Source: a virus | Taxonomy: Duplodnaviria > Caudoviricetes | DNA: 29,555 bases | IMG/VR virus record: IMGVR_UViG_3300037608_000062 | Location: 1-29,555 of that record | Reading direction: 5' to 3' (one strand) | In this document: piece by piece, positions 17,783 to 25,020 of the stretch | Numbering within the stretch: position 1 is the stretch's first letter | How the letters are laid out: each line of letters opens with the position of its first letter | Translations under genes and position numbers: made by a program | The notes under the pieces: generated by a model | What the model was told of the DNA's origin: nothing | Databases searched by the model: none | The model's input: the letters and a program-made list of their open reading frames with translations, nothing else

Positions 17783-18004
17783 TTACTCCTCCCGGTACGT
17801 CTGCTCGTAACACTTCACTGTCTTTTCCAACTCCTTCGAGTAGACGACAACATTCGTGCTGTTTTTCACAAAATTAACGCCGCCCTTTTTCCACGTTGGC
17901 GGCAGCGGACTGCGGCAGAACGGCTTTACCAGTACAGGTTTTGGGCAGCACGCCGTCAGTAAAAAAAGCGCCGAGACAATCGTTAATGCGATCCATCTTT
18001 TCAT
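17783..18004 (-). CDS. o-spanin (Rz1-like lipoprotein)
   Basis: Signal peptide with lipobox LTAC, Pro-rich mature part, partly overlapping the i-spanin in another frame. Confidence 0.75.
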   Translation of the reverse strand: MKRWIALTIVSALFLLTACCPKPVLVKPFCRSPLPPTWKKGGVNFVKNSTNVVVYSKELEKTVKCYEQTYREE

Positions 18005-18314
18005 TGTTAAATCCTTCCTTCTCTTTTTCGGTAAGGCTCCCCGCCAGATCACGGAGCGGCTCTGCCTGCTTTTGTATTTTTTTCATTTCGCTGTCCGCTG
18101 CACGGGCAGCCTGAGCGTTGCTATTCATTGTCTTAGTTGCCGTGGTCAGCGTTTTGTTTTCGACCTGGAGAGTTTTGATATCCGCTTTCTTAAGGAGGAC
18201 ATTGACGTGCTGCACGCCGATGATCAGACCGGCGACGACAACAACAACGGCAAGCGCCGCCGCAAGCGCGAGAGCTTTGTTGTCCCACATCCATTTAATC
18301 CAGGCGATGCTCAT
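17874..18314 (-). CDS. i-spanin (Rz-like)
   Basis: N-terminal TM (ALALAAALAVVVVVAGLIIGV), coiled coil and C-terminal Cys residues; AAGGA SD before ATG 18314. Confidence 0.75.
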   Translation of the reverse strand: MSIAWIKWMWDNKALALAAALAVVVVVAGLIIGVQHVNVLLKKADIKTLQVENKTLTTATKTMNSNAQAARAADSEMKKIQKQAEPLRDLAGSLTEKEKEGFNNEKMDRINDCLGAFFTDGVLPKTCTGKAVLPQSAAANVEKGRR

Positions 18315-18337
18315 GTTTTTTCCTTCATTCTTTTTAG

Positions 18338-18493
18338 TGAGAGTCAGAGGTTCGGTGACTCTCTTTTTAATTTTTAAAGCAATCTGACATGATTGCCGGA
18401 GCAAATTTGTCACGCGCCTTTTCCCACTGCCGAACCATTCAAGGCCATCTTCCGCGCGCTCACGATGGCGGGACACCTGCACTCCTTTGCCCC
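18338..18493 (-). ncRNA. Candidate structured RNA element between endolysin and spanins
   Basis: Stems seen by eye: GGGGCAAA/TTTGCTCC, TCCC/GGGA, GCCATC/GATGGC, GCAATC/GATTGC, GAGAGTCA/TGACTCTC. Confidence 0.3.
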
Positions 18494-18513
18494 TCTCTTT
18501 TTAAAAGGTATTC

Positions 18514-19137
18514 CTAATCCACGCTCCGGTTTATCCAGCCATAGAAAAATTGGCGCATCGCCGGTCGCCGCTGAACGAGATCGACGTAAAACCGGACGCG
18601 CTTGAGTCTGATTGAATTAAAAAACGCCACGCGGTTGCTGCGCGTGCGCGTGTACTCGTTAATCCACGCGATGGTCTCCGGCGTGAATTTTGCCGGAACG
18701 GGAACGGGCTTTTGCGTTGCCCATGCAATTTCGGCGAAGACTTTCGCCAGCAATCTTTCTGCCGCTGCGCCGCCCATGTTGACGGATTCGTCACAGAGCT
18801 CGTCGGCGATGCCCTGGGATTTTAATTTATCAAAATGAAATTTGAGCCAGTAGTCTTTATAAAATAAATCCCGCGCCTGCTCTTTGGTAAGGTGCTTGAT
18901 GATGATGCCTTGCGCAAGTAGGCTTGTGCCGTATTGTGATGCCGCGATTCCGTACTTGGTTCCCAGGAATCTTCCGACGCCTTCTTTTCCGCCTGTCCAG
19001 TTTCCGGGATCGTGGATGTTGTTGCTGTAGCCGCCTTCATGCGGCAGAATAGTTTTTTCCCACACAGATAAAAAATCAGCGGCAAACGCTGCTTGTGTGA
19101 TCAGTATAAAAATAATTGTAGTGACAAATCGGCGCAT
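18514..19137 (-). CDS. Endolysin, glycoside hydrolase family 108, with N-terminal signal peptide
   Basis: HEGGYSNNIHDPG, TKYGI, YKDYW, D.SVNMG, FFYGWINR motifs; MRRFVTTIIFILITQAAFA leader. Confidence 0.92.
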   Translation of the reverse strand: MRRFVTTIIFILITQAAFAADFLSVWEKTILPHEGGYSNNIHDPGNWTGGKEGVGRFLGTKYGIAASQYGTSLLAQGIIIKHLTKEQARDLFYKDYWLKFHFDKLKSQGIADELCDESVNMGGAAAERLLAKVFAEIAWATQKPVPVPAKFTPETIAWINEYTRTRSNRVAFFNSIRLKRVRFYVDLVQRRPAMRQFFYGWINRSVD

Positions 19138-19142
19138 GTTTC

Positions 19143-19245
19143 AATCCCCTCTGATCCTCGCTTTTATAGGCCTGCCGGTCGGGCCGCTGGTAGCCTTGAA
19201 ACGGCCAGACCGGCTTAGGCTAAGCGAGGAGATGCGTTGGGGATT
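19143..19245 (-). promoter_or_regulatory. Long leader hairpin able to sequester the endolysin RBS
   Basis: Nested stems AATCCCC/GGGGATT, CCTCGCTT/AAGCGAGG, GCCT/AGGC, GCCGGTC/GACCGGC, GGCCG/CGGCC. Confidence 0.6.
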
Positions 19246-19288
19246 ACATTAAGGGATTTATTTTTTTGAGACTACCAAAGCGCTTGGG
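19246..19288 (-). promoter_or_regulatory. Putative Mor/C-activated late promoter
   Basis: Dyad CCCAAGCGCTTTGG (19275-19288), an A-tract, and a -10-like TAATGT (19251-19246); no -35; dyad centre is about -43. Confidence 0.5.
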
Positions 19289-19297
19289 AAAAATAGG

Positions 19298-19335
19298 CAA
19301 AGAAAAACCCCTGTCCGCGTGCGCGAGGAGGGGCT
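19298..19335 (-). terminator. Intrinsic terminator ending the early/middle operon
   Basis: GCCCCT-CCTCGCG-CAC-GCGGAC-AGGGGT hairpin followed by TTTTCTTT. Confidence 0.65.
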
Positions 19336-19361
19336 GGATACTGATATTATGTACAGTAGTT

Positions 19362-19556
19362 TTAATCTATGATTTTATTTTTTTCGCCTGCATGTTCTAA
19401 AATTTCAACTTCAACATCACTATCAAATCTTGATACTAATGATGGTTTAATACCTCTAACGGCTTCGTCTATTTTAATGCGCAATTTTTCTATCTCAAAC
19501 TCATCCTTTAAGGACAAACCATTTATTGCTACCGAAAAAAGAACATAGGGTATCAT
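19362..19556 (-). CDS. Hypothetical AT-rich accessory protein
   Basis: 64 aa from ATG 19556 with AAGGA SD; visibly low GC. Confidence 0.55.
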   Translation of the reverse strand: MIPYVLFSVAINGLSLKDEFEIEKLRIKIDEAVRGIKPSLVSRFDSDVEVEILEHAGEKNKIID

Positions 19557-19569
19557 CTTTTCCTTTCTC

Positions 19570-19596
19570 CTGGATTCCCGCCTGCGCGGGAATGAC
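19570..19596 (-). repeat. REP-like palindrome type A
   Basis: GTCATTCCCGCGCAGGCGGGAATCCAG. Confidence 0.92.
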
Positions 19597-19606
19597 ATTT
19601 AACTGT

Positions 19607-19921
19607 TTACTGCTCACTATCAAACAACTTACATTGTTGTGACTTGCCGCGAAGGATATCACGGATGCGGGTTTCCGTCAATCCGTAACGACGCGCCAAT
19701 TCCAGATGGTTGAATCCGGTGAACTCTTTGCGGATGCGTTCGTCGCGTTTATCCATGAGCAGGCCGTCAATTTTGCGGAAATAAAATCTCGTCCCGCCGA
19801 GGTATTCGCTGAGGTTCAGCGTGGCCTCGACGCCGATGATCTCCGCGATGGCCTGGTAACATTCCGGCAGGCAGTCAACGGTCATTTCGGCAGCGATTTC
19901 TTTTAGCCATTCACTATTCAC
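19607..19921 (-). CDS. mor: Mor/C family transcription activator
   Basis: IAEIIGVEA...LGG..FYF...RDERIRKEFTGFNHLELARRYGLTETRIRDIL. Confidence 0.92.
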   Translation of the reverse strand: MNSEWLKEIAAEMTVDCLPECYQAIAEIIGVEATLNLSEYLGGTRFYFRKIDGLLMDKRDERIRKEFTGFNHLELARRYGLTETRIRDILRGKSQQCKLFDSEQ

Positions 19922-19937
19922 TATTCACCATTCACTG
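19910..19937 (-). repeat. 7-bp tandem array forming the gemA-mor junction
   Basis: ttcac-ta-ttcac-ta-ttcac-ca-ttcac-tg; contains the gemA TAG overlapping the mor GTG. Confidence 0.85.
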
Positions 19938-20418
19938 TTCTTTGTTGATTTGCCAACATGCCTTTCAGCCCTTCAATTGCGCGGCTGGCCTGGACTGCTG
20001 TTGTAACCCTGCTGACTTTGATATATTTTGCCAGCCAGCGTTGGAATCCATCTTCCAGTTTCCAGATGATCTGTCCGGCCAGGGCGTCGATCATGTCGAG
20101 CTGATCACGTGTCGGTAGCACAAAGACATTAGGCGGCATGTCTCTTCTCGGCGGCAAATGATCTTGGATGGCAGACGTACCCTTTGTATATTTTTTTCGT
20201 TTTGGGATTTTAAAACCCAGCGCTTTGAAATGATCGATCAGACGCGATGCCTGGAAGTAGGTTAAGTCTGTGCAAGATGAAGCCTTGTACTGCATCCAGA
20301 GAATATCCCTGTAAACGTCATCGGATAATCCCAGTGTCGCCACGGCGGTATGAATCATTCTGATTTGCAGCGGTTCGATCTTCCGGACAGGCCGTTCTAT
20401 TTTTATGCCGGTGTTCAT
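19921..20418 (-). CDS. gemA: GemA (Mu gp16, DUF1018) family protein
   Basis: QIRMIH.AVATLGLSDDVYRDIL...SSCTDLT...LIDHFKALGF and AS.AIEGLKGM; adjacent to mor. Confidence 0.88.
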   Translation of the reverse strand: MNTGIKIERPVRKIEPLQIRMIHTAVATLGLSDDVYRDILWMQYKASSCTDLTYFQASRLIDHFKALGFKIPKRKKYTKGTSAIQDHLPPRRDMPPNVFVLPTRDQLDMIDALAGQIIWKLEDGFQRWLAKYIKVSRVTTAVQASRAIEGLKGMLANQQRTVNGE

Positions 20419-20624
20419 TTTTTATGCCCCCACAAGCCGCGTATATGGTTCACAGTGAACCATAAGCTGACAAGGAATATTCCCCACTGCCCCGTGGTAA
20501 AAGAGGCGTATATCCAAAACGGCTGGCCGCACAGGCCGCATATGAAGCCCATCCGGTACCGCTTACCGGATAACGCCCAAATCGAGATGCAGGAAAAGAA
20601 AAATATCGCGAGTTGAATTATCAT
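20415..20624 (-). CDS. Small multi-TM membrane protein (PnuC-like fragment)
   Basis: Three short hydrophobic helices; GFICGLCGQPFWIY...QWGIF...IRGLW. Confidence 0.55.
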   Translation of the reverse strand: MIIQLAIFFFSCISIWALSGKRYRMGFICGLCGQPFWIYASFTTGQWGIFLVSLWFTVNHIRGLWGHKK

Positions 20625-21124
20625 TTATCCATCCCCGCGAGAATGTTCCGGACGCGCGTCAGGTTAGCCTGTGCCTGAGCAGGAGATACTTCCGGAATGT
20701 TTTCTTCGCGCGTGCGCAGATCCTTTTCTTCCTGTTTGGATTTGCCTTTTCCTTCACGCTCTGAAATTCCGATCATGACTTTTTTCAGATAATTATGATT
20801 TTCCAGTGTCTGCTCAAAGTGTTTTTTAATGCAGACGTCGAGCGCCTCGACGATTCCGGCGTGACTGATCGAATACGTTTTTTTCTGAAAGCTGAATGAT
20901 TCAGCGTCGAAAAGTTTTTTCATTTCTTCCATGATGCGCCGGAACTTCGGAGCCTTCAGGTGAAAAGGCGTAACGCCGAACAGACAGACATAGCCCATCA
21001 CCGCGTTGGAATATTTTGTGATTACCGGCGATGTAATAATATTAAAAACAGCATTTAAATCTTTTGACATTTGTGCGTCCATAACGTGAAACCTCTTTGT
21101 GCAATACGGGCAAGTTATATTCAT
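20621..21124 (-). CDS. Mu-like phage conserved hypothetical protein
   Basis: N-terminal CPYC, Y..LF and L.NHNYLKKV motifs recalled from Mu-like semi-essential regions. Confidence 0.65.
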   Translation of the reverse strand: MNITCPYCTKRFHVMDAQMSKDLNAVFNIITSPVITKYSNAVMGYVCLFGVTPFHLKAPKFRRIMEEMKKLFDAESFSFQKKTYSISHAGIVEALDVCIKKHFEQTLENHNYLKKVMIGISEREGKGKSKQEEKDLRTREENIPEVSPAQAQANLTRVRNILAGMDK

Positions 21125-21128
21125 GTAT

Positions 21129-21482
21129 TCACCATTTATAAAGCAGGCCTTCCAACGGCAGGCCGTGCTTCTTACGGAAAAAATCCTTCATTTCATAATA
21201 GTCATTAAATCCATCGGCGCGGGCCAGTTCGTTTTTTGCTACGGTGAGCAACCATTCGCCGTCCACGTTGATGCCGGTATAATCAATTGTTATTTGATGT
21301 ACCTCTTTGCAAATAACTTCACCGATCCTCCGGCAACCCTTTGTCCGCTGGCCGACAAAAAGATACAATTTGTCGCCGACGTGCGGATTACGACCATCTT
21401 CGCGCTTTGCTCTGATCGTTTGCCTTTTTTTCCCGCTTTCAACGGCAGGCGCAAATTGCTTTTCAAAATTAAACTGCGGCAT
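21129..21482 (-). CDS. ASCH domain protein
   Basis: F...V.SGKKRQTIR, VGDKLYLF, ELARADGF motifs; GAGGAG SD. Confidence 0.85.
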   Translation of the reverse strand: MPQFNFEKQFAPAVESGKKRQTIRAKREDGRNPHVGDKLYLFVGQRTKGCRRIGEVICKEVHQITIDYTGINVDGEWLLTVAKNELARADGFNDYYEMKDFFRKKHGLPLEGLLYKW

Positions 21483-21484
21483 TT

Positions 21485-21622
21485 TTATTTCTCCTCGCAT
21501 TTATTTTCTAACCATTGGCAGTTCAATCCTGCCATCTGCCACGCTTTTCTGATGATCGTCAGCGGGATGCTGGCAACAAAACAAACTATGATCACCCATC
21601 CAATTAATATTTTTTTGATCAT
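21485..21622 (-). CDS. Small single-TM protein (45 aa)
   Basis: MIKKILIGWVIIVCFVASIPLTIIRKAWQMAGLNCQWLENKCEEK; AAGGAG SD; below the ORF-track cut-off. Confidence 0.6.
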   Translation of the reverse strand: MIKKILIGWVIIVCFVASIPLTIIRKAWQMAGLNCQWLENKCEEK

Positions 21623-21644
21623 GATATTTCTCCTTCGCTTTTTC

Positions 21645-21701
21645 CTGGATTCCCGTCTTCACGGGAATGACTCTTCACTTTTCACGCTTCACTATTCACG
21701 G
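21645..21701 (-). repeat. Composite: type A palindrome (21645-21671) plus 7-bp array (21674-21701)
   Basis: GTCATTCCCGTGAAGACGGGAATCCAG abutting ttcac-tt-ttcac-gc-ttcac-ta-ttcac. Confidence 0.88.
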
Positions 21702-21704
21702 GCG

Positions 21705-21914
21705 TTAAGCCCAACTGTCGCATCCTTTTCTTTCTCCCGGCTTTTGATAATTGTCCGGGAACCACTTTTGTTTATAATCGCAATATGCCCAGTTCCAGCC
21801 ATTGGGGTTGCCGTGCTTGAACATATAGTGCATGCATTTCGCGCAAATATGTTCTTGTGGCGCTTTAAGTGTCGGTGACAATATTTTACCCTCCCTCAGC
21901 TCCTTCTCACGCAT
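21705..21914 (-). CDS. Small Cys-rich hypothetical protein
   Basis: CAKC...C...C pattern in 69 aa. Confidence 0.55.
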   Translation of the reverse strand: MREKELREGKILSPTLKAPQEHICAKCMHYMFKHGNPNGWNWAYCDYKQKWFPDNYQKPGERKGCDSWA

Positions 21915-22219
21915 GTGCCGGGCTGTTCTTTAAGGGAAGCAGTATTATTTTCCCTCTTGCCGGTTCCCGCATTTAAAGGCAGTGTAATTTTCTTTGCGAG
22001 AATTGATTGCGATGATTCCGCTATCGCCGCATCGATATGAACAATAAGGTACCTGCCTGCTTTAATGAAGATTAAGATAATTCCGCAAAAGCATAAAAGT
22101 ACCAGCGCCGCGATAAAGAATATCATTACAGCGAAAAATAATATCTGCGCGACGCCGCCCACAGATCCGCCGAGGTCAACCATGTTTTTTATTTTTTCGA
22201 GTTCCTGGTATTGCTGCAT
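21896..22219 (-). CDS. Hypothetical membrane protein
   Basis: Long hydrophobic segment; AAGGAGG SD. Confidence 0.6.
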   Translation of the reverse strand: MQQYQELEKIKNMVDLGGSVGGVAQILFFAVMIFFIAALVLLCFCGIILIFIKAGRYLIVHIDAAIAESSQSILAKKITLPLNAGTGKRENNTASLKEQPGTCVRRS

Positions 22220-22231
22220 TTTAAATCCTCC

Positions 22232-22441
22232 TTATTTTTTTTCCTTAATTAACGCGATGCGTGGCAGGTTTTTGTCCAGCCATGCAATGATGCGGCGCAG
22301 GCGGCGGGGTGGATATTTAACTTCCGCATCATAACAAGCTTCAATTGAAAAAAAACTCATACAATTATTTGAATATTGCGGATCGTGCTGCGGACAAGAA
22401 TCTTTTGTACATATCGGTTCGCTAAAAATTAACTTCTTCAT
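22232..22441 (-). CDS. Small Cys-containing hypothetical protein
   Basis: MKKLIFSEPICTKDSCPQHD...; AGGAG SD formed by the end of the adjacent palindrome. Confidence 0.6.
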   Translation of the reverse strand: MKKLIFSEPICTKDSCPQHDPQYSNNCMSFFSIEACYDAEVKYPPRRLRRIIAWLDKNLPRIALIKEKK

Positions 22442-22452
22442 GTTTTTATCTC

Positions 22453-22515
22453 CTGGATTCCGGCCTGCGCCGGAATGACATTTCACCATTCACCCTTCAC
22501 TTTTCACTCTTCACG
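22453..22515 (-). repeat. Composite: type A palindrome (22453-22479) plus 7-bp array (22482-22515)
   Basis: GTCATTCCGGCGCAGGCCGGAATCCAG; five TTCAC units that encode the Gam C-terminus and stop. Confidence 0.88.
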
Positions 22516-22943
22516 GTGTACTTAAATTCCTCTTTCGGCCCGCGTGTCGCGCCGATCAATACCAGCTTAGCGTCCGGCCATTTTTCGATGGCGTCACGAT
22601 CCAACGACTTAACGACTTTGATGACATCCTTAAATCCTTGCCGTTCACACTCAAGCAGAGCGGTTTTCGGGATGCTGACTTTATCGCCGAGGTTGCGGAT
22701 CAGGGAGCCGTTGGCCAGGTTGACAACGTCAATTACACCGCCAAAAAGAAGCTCCTTGTTTTTTTTCATAAGCGTGGTGATTCCTTTTTCCAGCGCGGCC
22801 AGTTCATCGCGCAGCGGGTTGAGCCATGCTCCGTAACGTGCGGTGACTTCCGCCATCTCTGCGTTGGCCCGCGCCTCCAGATCGGCAACCTCGGCGATCA
22901 CATCGCGCATGTAGGTGAGGATATCGTTTGCTTCGTTTTTCAC
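22497..22943 (-). CDS. gam: Host-nuclease inhibitor Gam family protein
   Basis: Long N-terminal coiled coil, K.LF, L..G.L, LDRDAI and E.F.Y motifs; GTG 22943 with GGGGAG SD. Confidence 0.8.
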   Translation of the reverse strand: MKNEANDILTYMRDVIAEVADLEARANAEMAEVTARYGAWLNPLRDELAALEKGITTLMKKNKELLFGGVIDVVNLANGSLIRNLGDKVSIPKTALLECERQGFKDVIKVVKSLDRDAIEKWPDAKLVLIGATRGPKEEFKYTVKSEK

Positions 22944-22944
22944 A

Positions 22945-23007
22945 CTCCCCAGGCCCCTCCCCTCAAGGGAGGGGGTTCTCTTTACTTTTCCCTTTTCACT
23001 TTTCACG
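22945..23007. repeat. Composite: type C palindrome (CCCCTCCCCTCAAGGGAGGGG) plus degenerate 7-bp array
   Basis: ctccccaggcccctcccctcaagggaggggg then tttac-tt-ttccc-tt-ttcac-tt-ttcac. Confidence 0.75.
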
Positions 23008-23010
23008 TTC

Positions 23011-23406
23011 TTAAGTTGCCTCCATTTCTAATTGAAGTTGTCCGAGATAAGCGGGCAGAGATACTTTTTCCGCTCGCGAGTTTTGCTTTAAAATGATCAG
23101 GGCCTTGATTTTCCGTTTGCGCAAATAATCAGTGTATTCACTGCCCGCAGCGGGAATATAGTATCCGCCACCGTTCTGAGAGGAGGATGAGCATATCGCA
23201 ACGCCTTCATCCCGCAGGGCCGTGATCAATGTTCGCAGGGCACGGGTGTCGTTAATCTTATCATTCCAGGGGCGATCAAATACTGCCTCGTAAAGCGCCG
23301 TCATGCTGATGGCATTTATTTTACCGACGTGGCAGTATAATGCCGCGTGCAACCGGAGCCTGTTTTCGGATGTGTCTATTTCTCGCTTTTCGTTTTGTTC
23401 GTTCAT
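23011..23406 (-). CDS. Winged-HTH-like hypothetical protein
   Basis: HVGKINAISM..L...TRALRTLITALRDEGVAICS....GGYY; GGAGG SD before ATG 23406. Confidence 0.72.
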   Translation of the reverse strand: MNEQNEKREIDTSENRLRLHAALYCHVGKINAISMTALYEAVFDRPWNDKINDTRALRTLITALRDEGVAICSSSSQNGGGYYIPAAGSEYTDYLRKRKIKALIILKQNSRAEKVSLPAYLGQLQLEMEAT

Positions 23407-23453
23407 TTTTTTTACCTCCGTTAAGATTTTCGCATCTCCTCTTAACGTTTCCT

Positions 23454-23481
23454 GTAGGGGCGCGATGCATCGCGCCCCTAC
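23454..23481. repeat. GTAG-type REP palindrome (type B)
   Basis: Perfect palindrome GTAGGGGCGCGATGCATCGCGCCCCTAC. Confidence 0.92.
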
Positions 23482-23630
23482 CTCGCAAATATTCTCCAGA
23501 CCACCGGCGCGAAATAGAGCACCGCAATAATGATGAAAACCCAGCACAGTATTTCCAGCGACCATTTGTACAAAGGTACTCTTCTTTCTCTCGTCGGCAT
23601 TTTCTCGATGTACGGCACAAAGTTTTTCAT
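23478..23630 (-). CDS. Small single-TM protein (50 aa)
   Basis: MKNFVPYIEKMPTRERRVPLYKWSLEILCWVFIIIAVLYFAPVVWRIFAR; stop supplied by the type B palindrome. Confidence 0.6.
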   Translation of the reverse strand: MKNFVPYIEKMPTRERRVPLYKWSLEILCWVFIIIAVLYFAPVVWRIFAR

Positions 23631-23633
23631 GTT

Positions 23634-23700
23634 CTCACCCCCACCTGGCCTCCCCCCTCAAGGGGGAGGGAATTAACTCTTCACCTTTCACCCTTCACGC
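23634..23700. repeat. Composite: type C palindrome plus 7-bp array
   Basis: ctcacccccacctggcctcccccctcaagggggaggg then ttcac-ct-ttcac-cc-ttcac. Confidence 0.78.
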
Positions 23701-23714
23701 CCGGCAGCGCTGGG

Positions 23715-24965
23715 CTATATCGCCATGACAACGTCAGCGGTCACTTTCTTTTCGCCCATCTCAAATGCCAGGTTCATGGCCCGCGCGGCGTAATTGTTGA
23801 CGATCAGCGGATAGGCATGTGAAACGGTCTTGTCGCGCCGGTCTTTGGTTGTCAGGCGGCGGCTGAGCGCGGCAAAGGCATTATCATCAAAGATGTCTTC
23901 GACCTTCACGTTGATGCGTTTGAATTTTAACCGCAGATACTCTTTGGTATTGCCGTTGAGGCCCTTGATTTCCGCCGTCTGTATTCTGCGGATCACTTCG
24001 CGCATTTCGATGTGCGCCTGCTCATTGAAAAGGTTTTTCAGTTCGGTCTGGCCCACCAGGATAATGCCCAGGAGTTTGCGATAGCCGTCTTCCATTTCGG
24101 AAAAACGTTTTAAATATTTAAGTGTGTTTGTGCTCAAGTCGTGTGCTTCCTCAATGATGAGGACAGCCCTGAAATTCTGTTTTGCCCTCTCCAGAAGAAG
24201 CTTGTGCACCTGGCGCGATTTTGCTTCTAAAGTTCTGGCCGGTTTTTGTTCCGACAGATCCATGATGATGGCGTCGCAGATACTCGATGAATTGACCCGT
24301 GTCTTATCAATCATCTTCGGGAAAATTACGATGGTGTCGCCGTCCTTGTTTAGTTGTTCGATGACTTTGCGGCGGATAACCGATTTGCCGCTGCCGACTT
24401 CGCCGATTACAGCGAGAAAACCCGCGTGCCGTGCGGTGTCCAGCATTGCTGCTTCAATGTAACGATGTTCTTCGCTCATGAAAATGTCTGAATCCTTTTG
24501 TATGTCGTCAATAAAAGGGTTCCTGAATATTTTAAAATGCTTCATTGCTTCTTGATCTATCATCTCGACCTCCACGCTATTGATTAATTGTTCAGGGTTT
24601 CCCGGCACGATTGCCGCTATCCGTCTTGTTGCCCATGTTCTGGCACTCCGTCCTGCCGGAGCAACTGCGCGTAAATCCTTGCCCAGCGGACTCCAGATGT
24701 CTTCAATTTTCATCTGCCGCTCGATCAGCCACTGCATGGCTCGCGGATTGGATGATATTTCCGCTTCTACGATTGCTTTGAAATCCAGCCGCTCTTTCGG
24801 CATGTATCCGCGATTGAGCGTGAGGTTGATCGAGGCGCGGCTTAATTTCGTTGCCTTGCCGATCAGCGTCTGACTGATCCCGCACTCCACGCACACTTCT
24901 TTGAGAATGATCGGCTTGAATTCCATCTCGTATGCCGTTTGTTCGTTGACTTTTGGTCTCGCCAT
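23715..24965 (-). CDS. Transposition AAA+ ATPase (MuB analogue, ExeA/AAA_22-like) with N-terminal HTH
   Basis: Walker A GEVGSGKS, Walker B LIIEEAH, ILVGQTEL, REVIRR; directly downstream of the transposase. Confidence 0.92.
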   Translation of the reverse strand: MARPKVNEQTAYEMEFKPIILKEVCVECGISQTLIGKATKLSRASINLTLNRGYMPKERLDFKAIVEAEISSNPRAMQWLIERQMKIEDIWSPLGKDLRAVAPAGRSARTWATRRIAAIVPGNPEQLINSVEVEMIDQEAMKHFKIFRNPFIDDIQKDSDIFMSEEHRYIEAAMLDTARHAGFLAVIGEVGSGKSVIRRKVIEQLNKDGDTIVIFPKMIDKTRVNSSSICDAIIMDLSEQKPARTLEAKSRQVHKLLLERAKQNFRAVLIIEEAHDLSTNTLKYLKRFSEMEDGYRKLLGIILVGQTELKNLFNEQAHIEMREVIRRIQTAEIKGLNGNTKEYLRLKFKRINVKVEDIFDDNAFAALSRRLTTKDRRDKTVSHAYPLIVNNYAARAMNLAFEMGEKKVTADVVMAI

Positions 24966-24992
24966 TTTCTGCTCTCCTCGCTGTATTTTCTC

Positions 24993-25020
24993 TTCACTAT
25001 TCACACTTCACTCTTCACCC
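24993..25020 (-). repeat. 7-bp tandem array containing the transposase stop
   Basis: ttcac-ta-ttcac-ac-ttcac-tc-ttcac-cc; TGA at 25017-25015. Confidence 0.85.

Noticed and set aside
18398-18493. c-di-GMP-I riboswitch or tRNA (GGCAAA motif, multi-stem)
   Set aside because: Lacks the GNRA-loop/receptor layout and tRNA D- and T-loop consensus.
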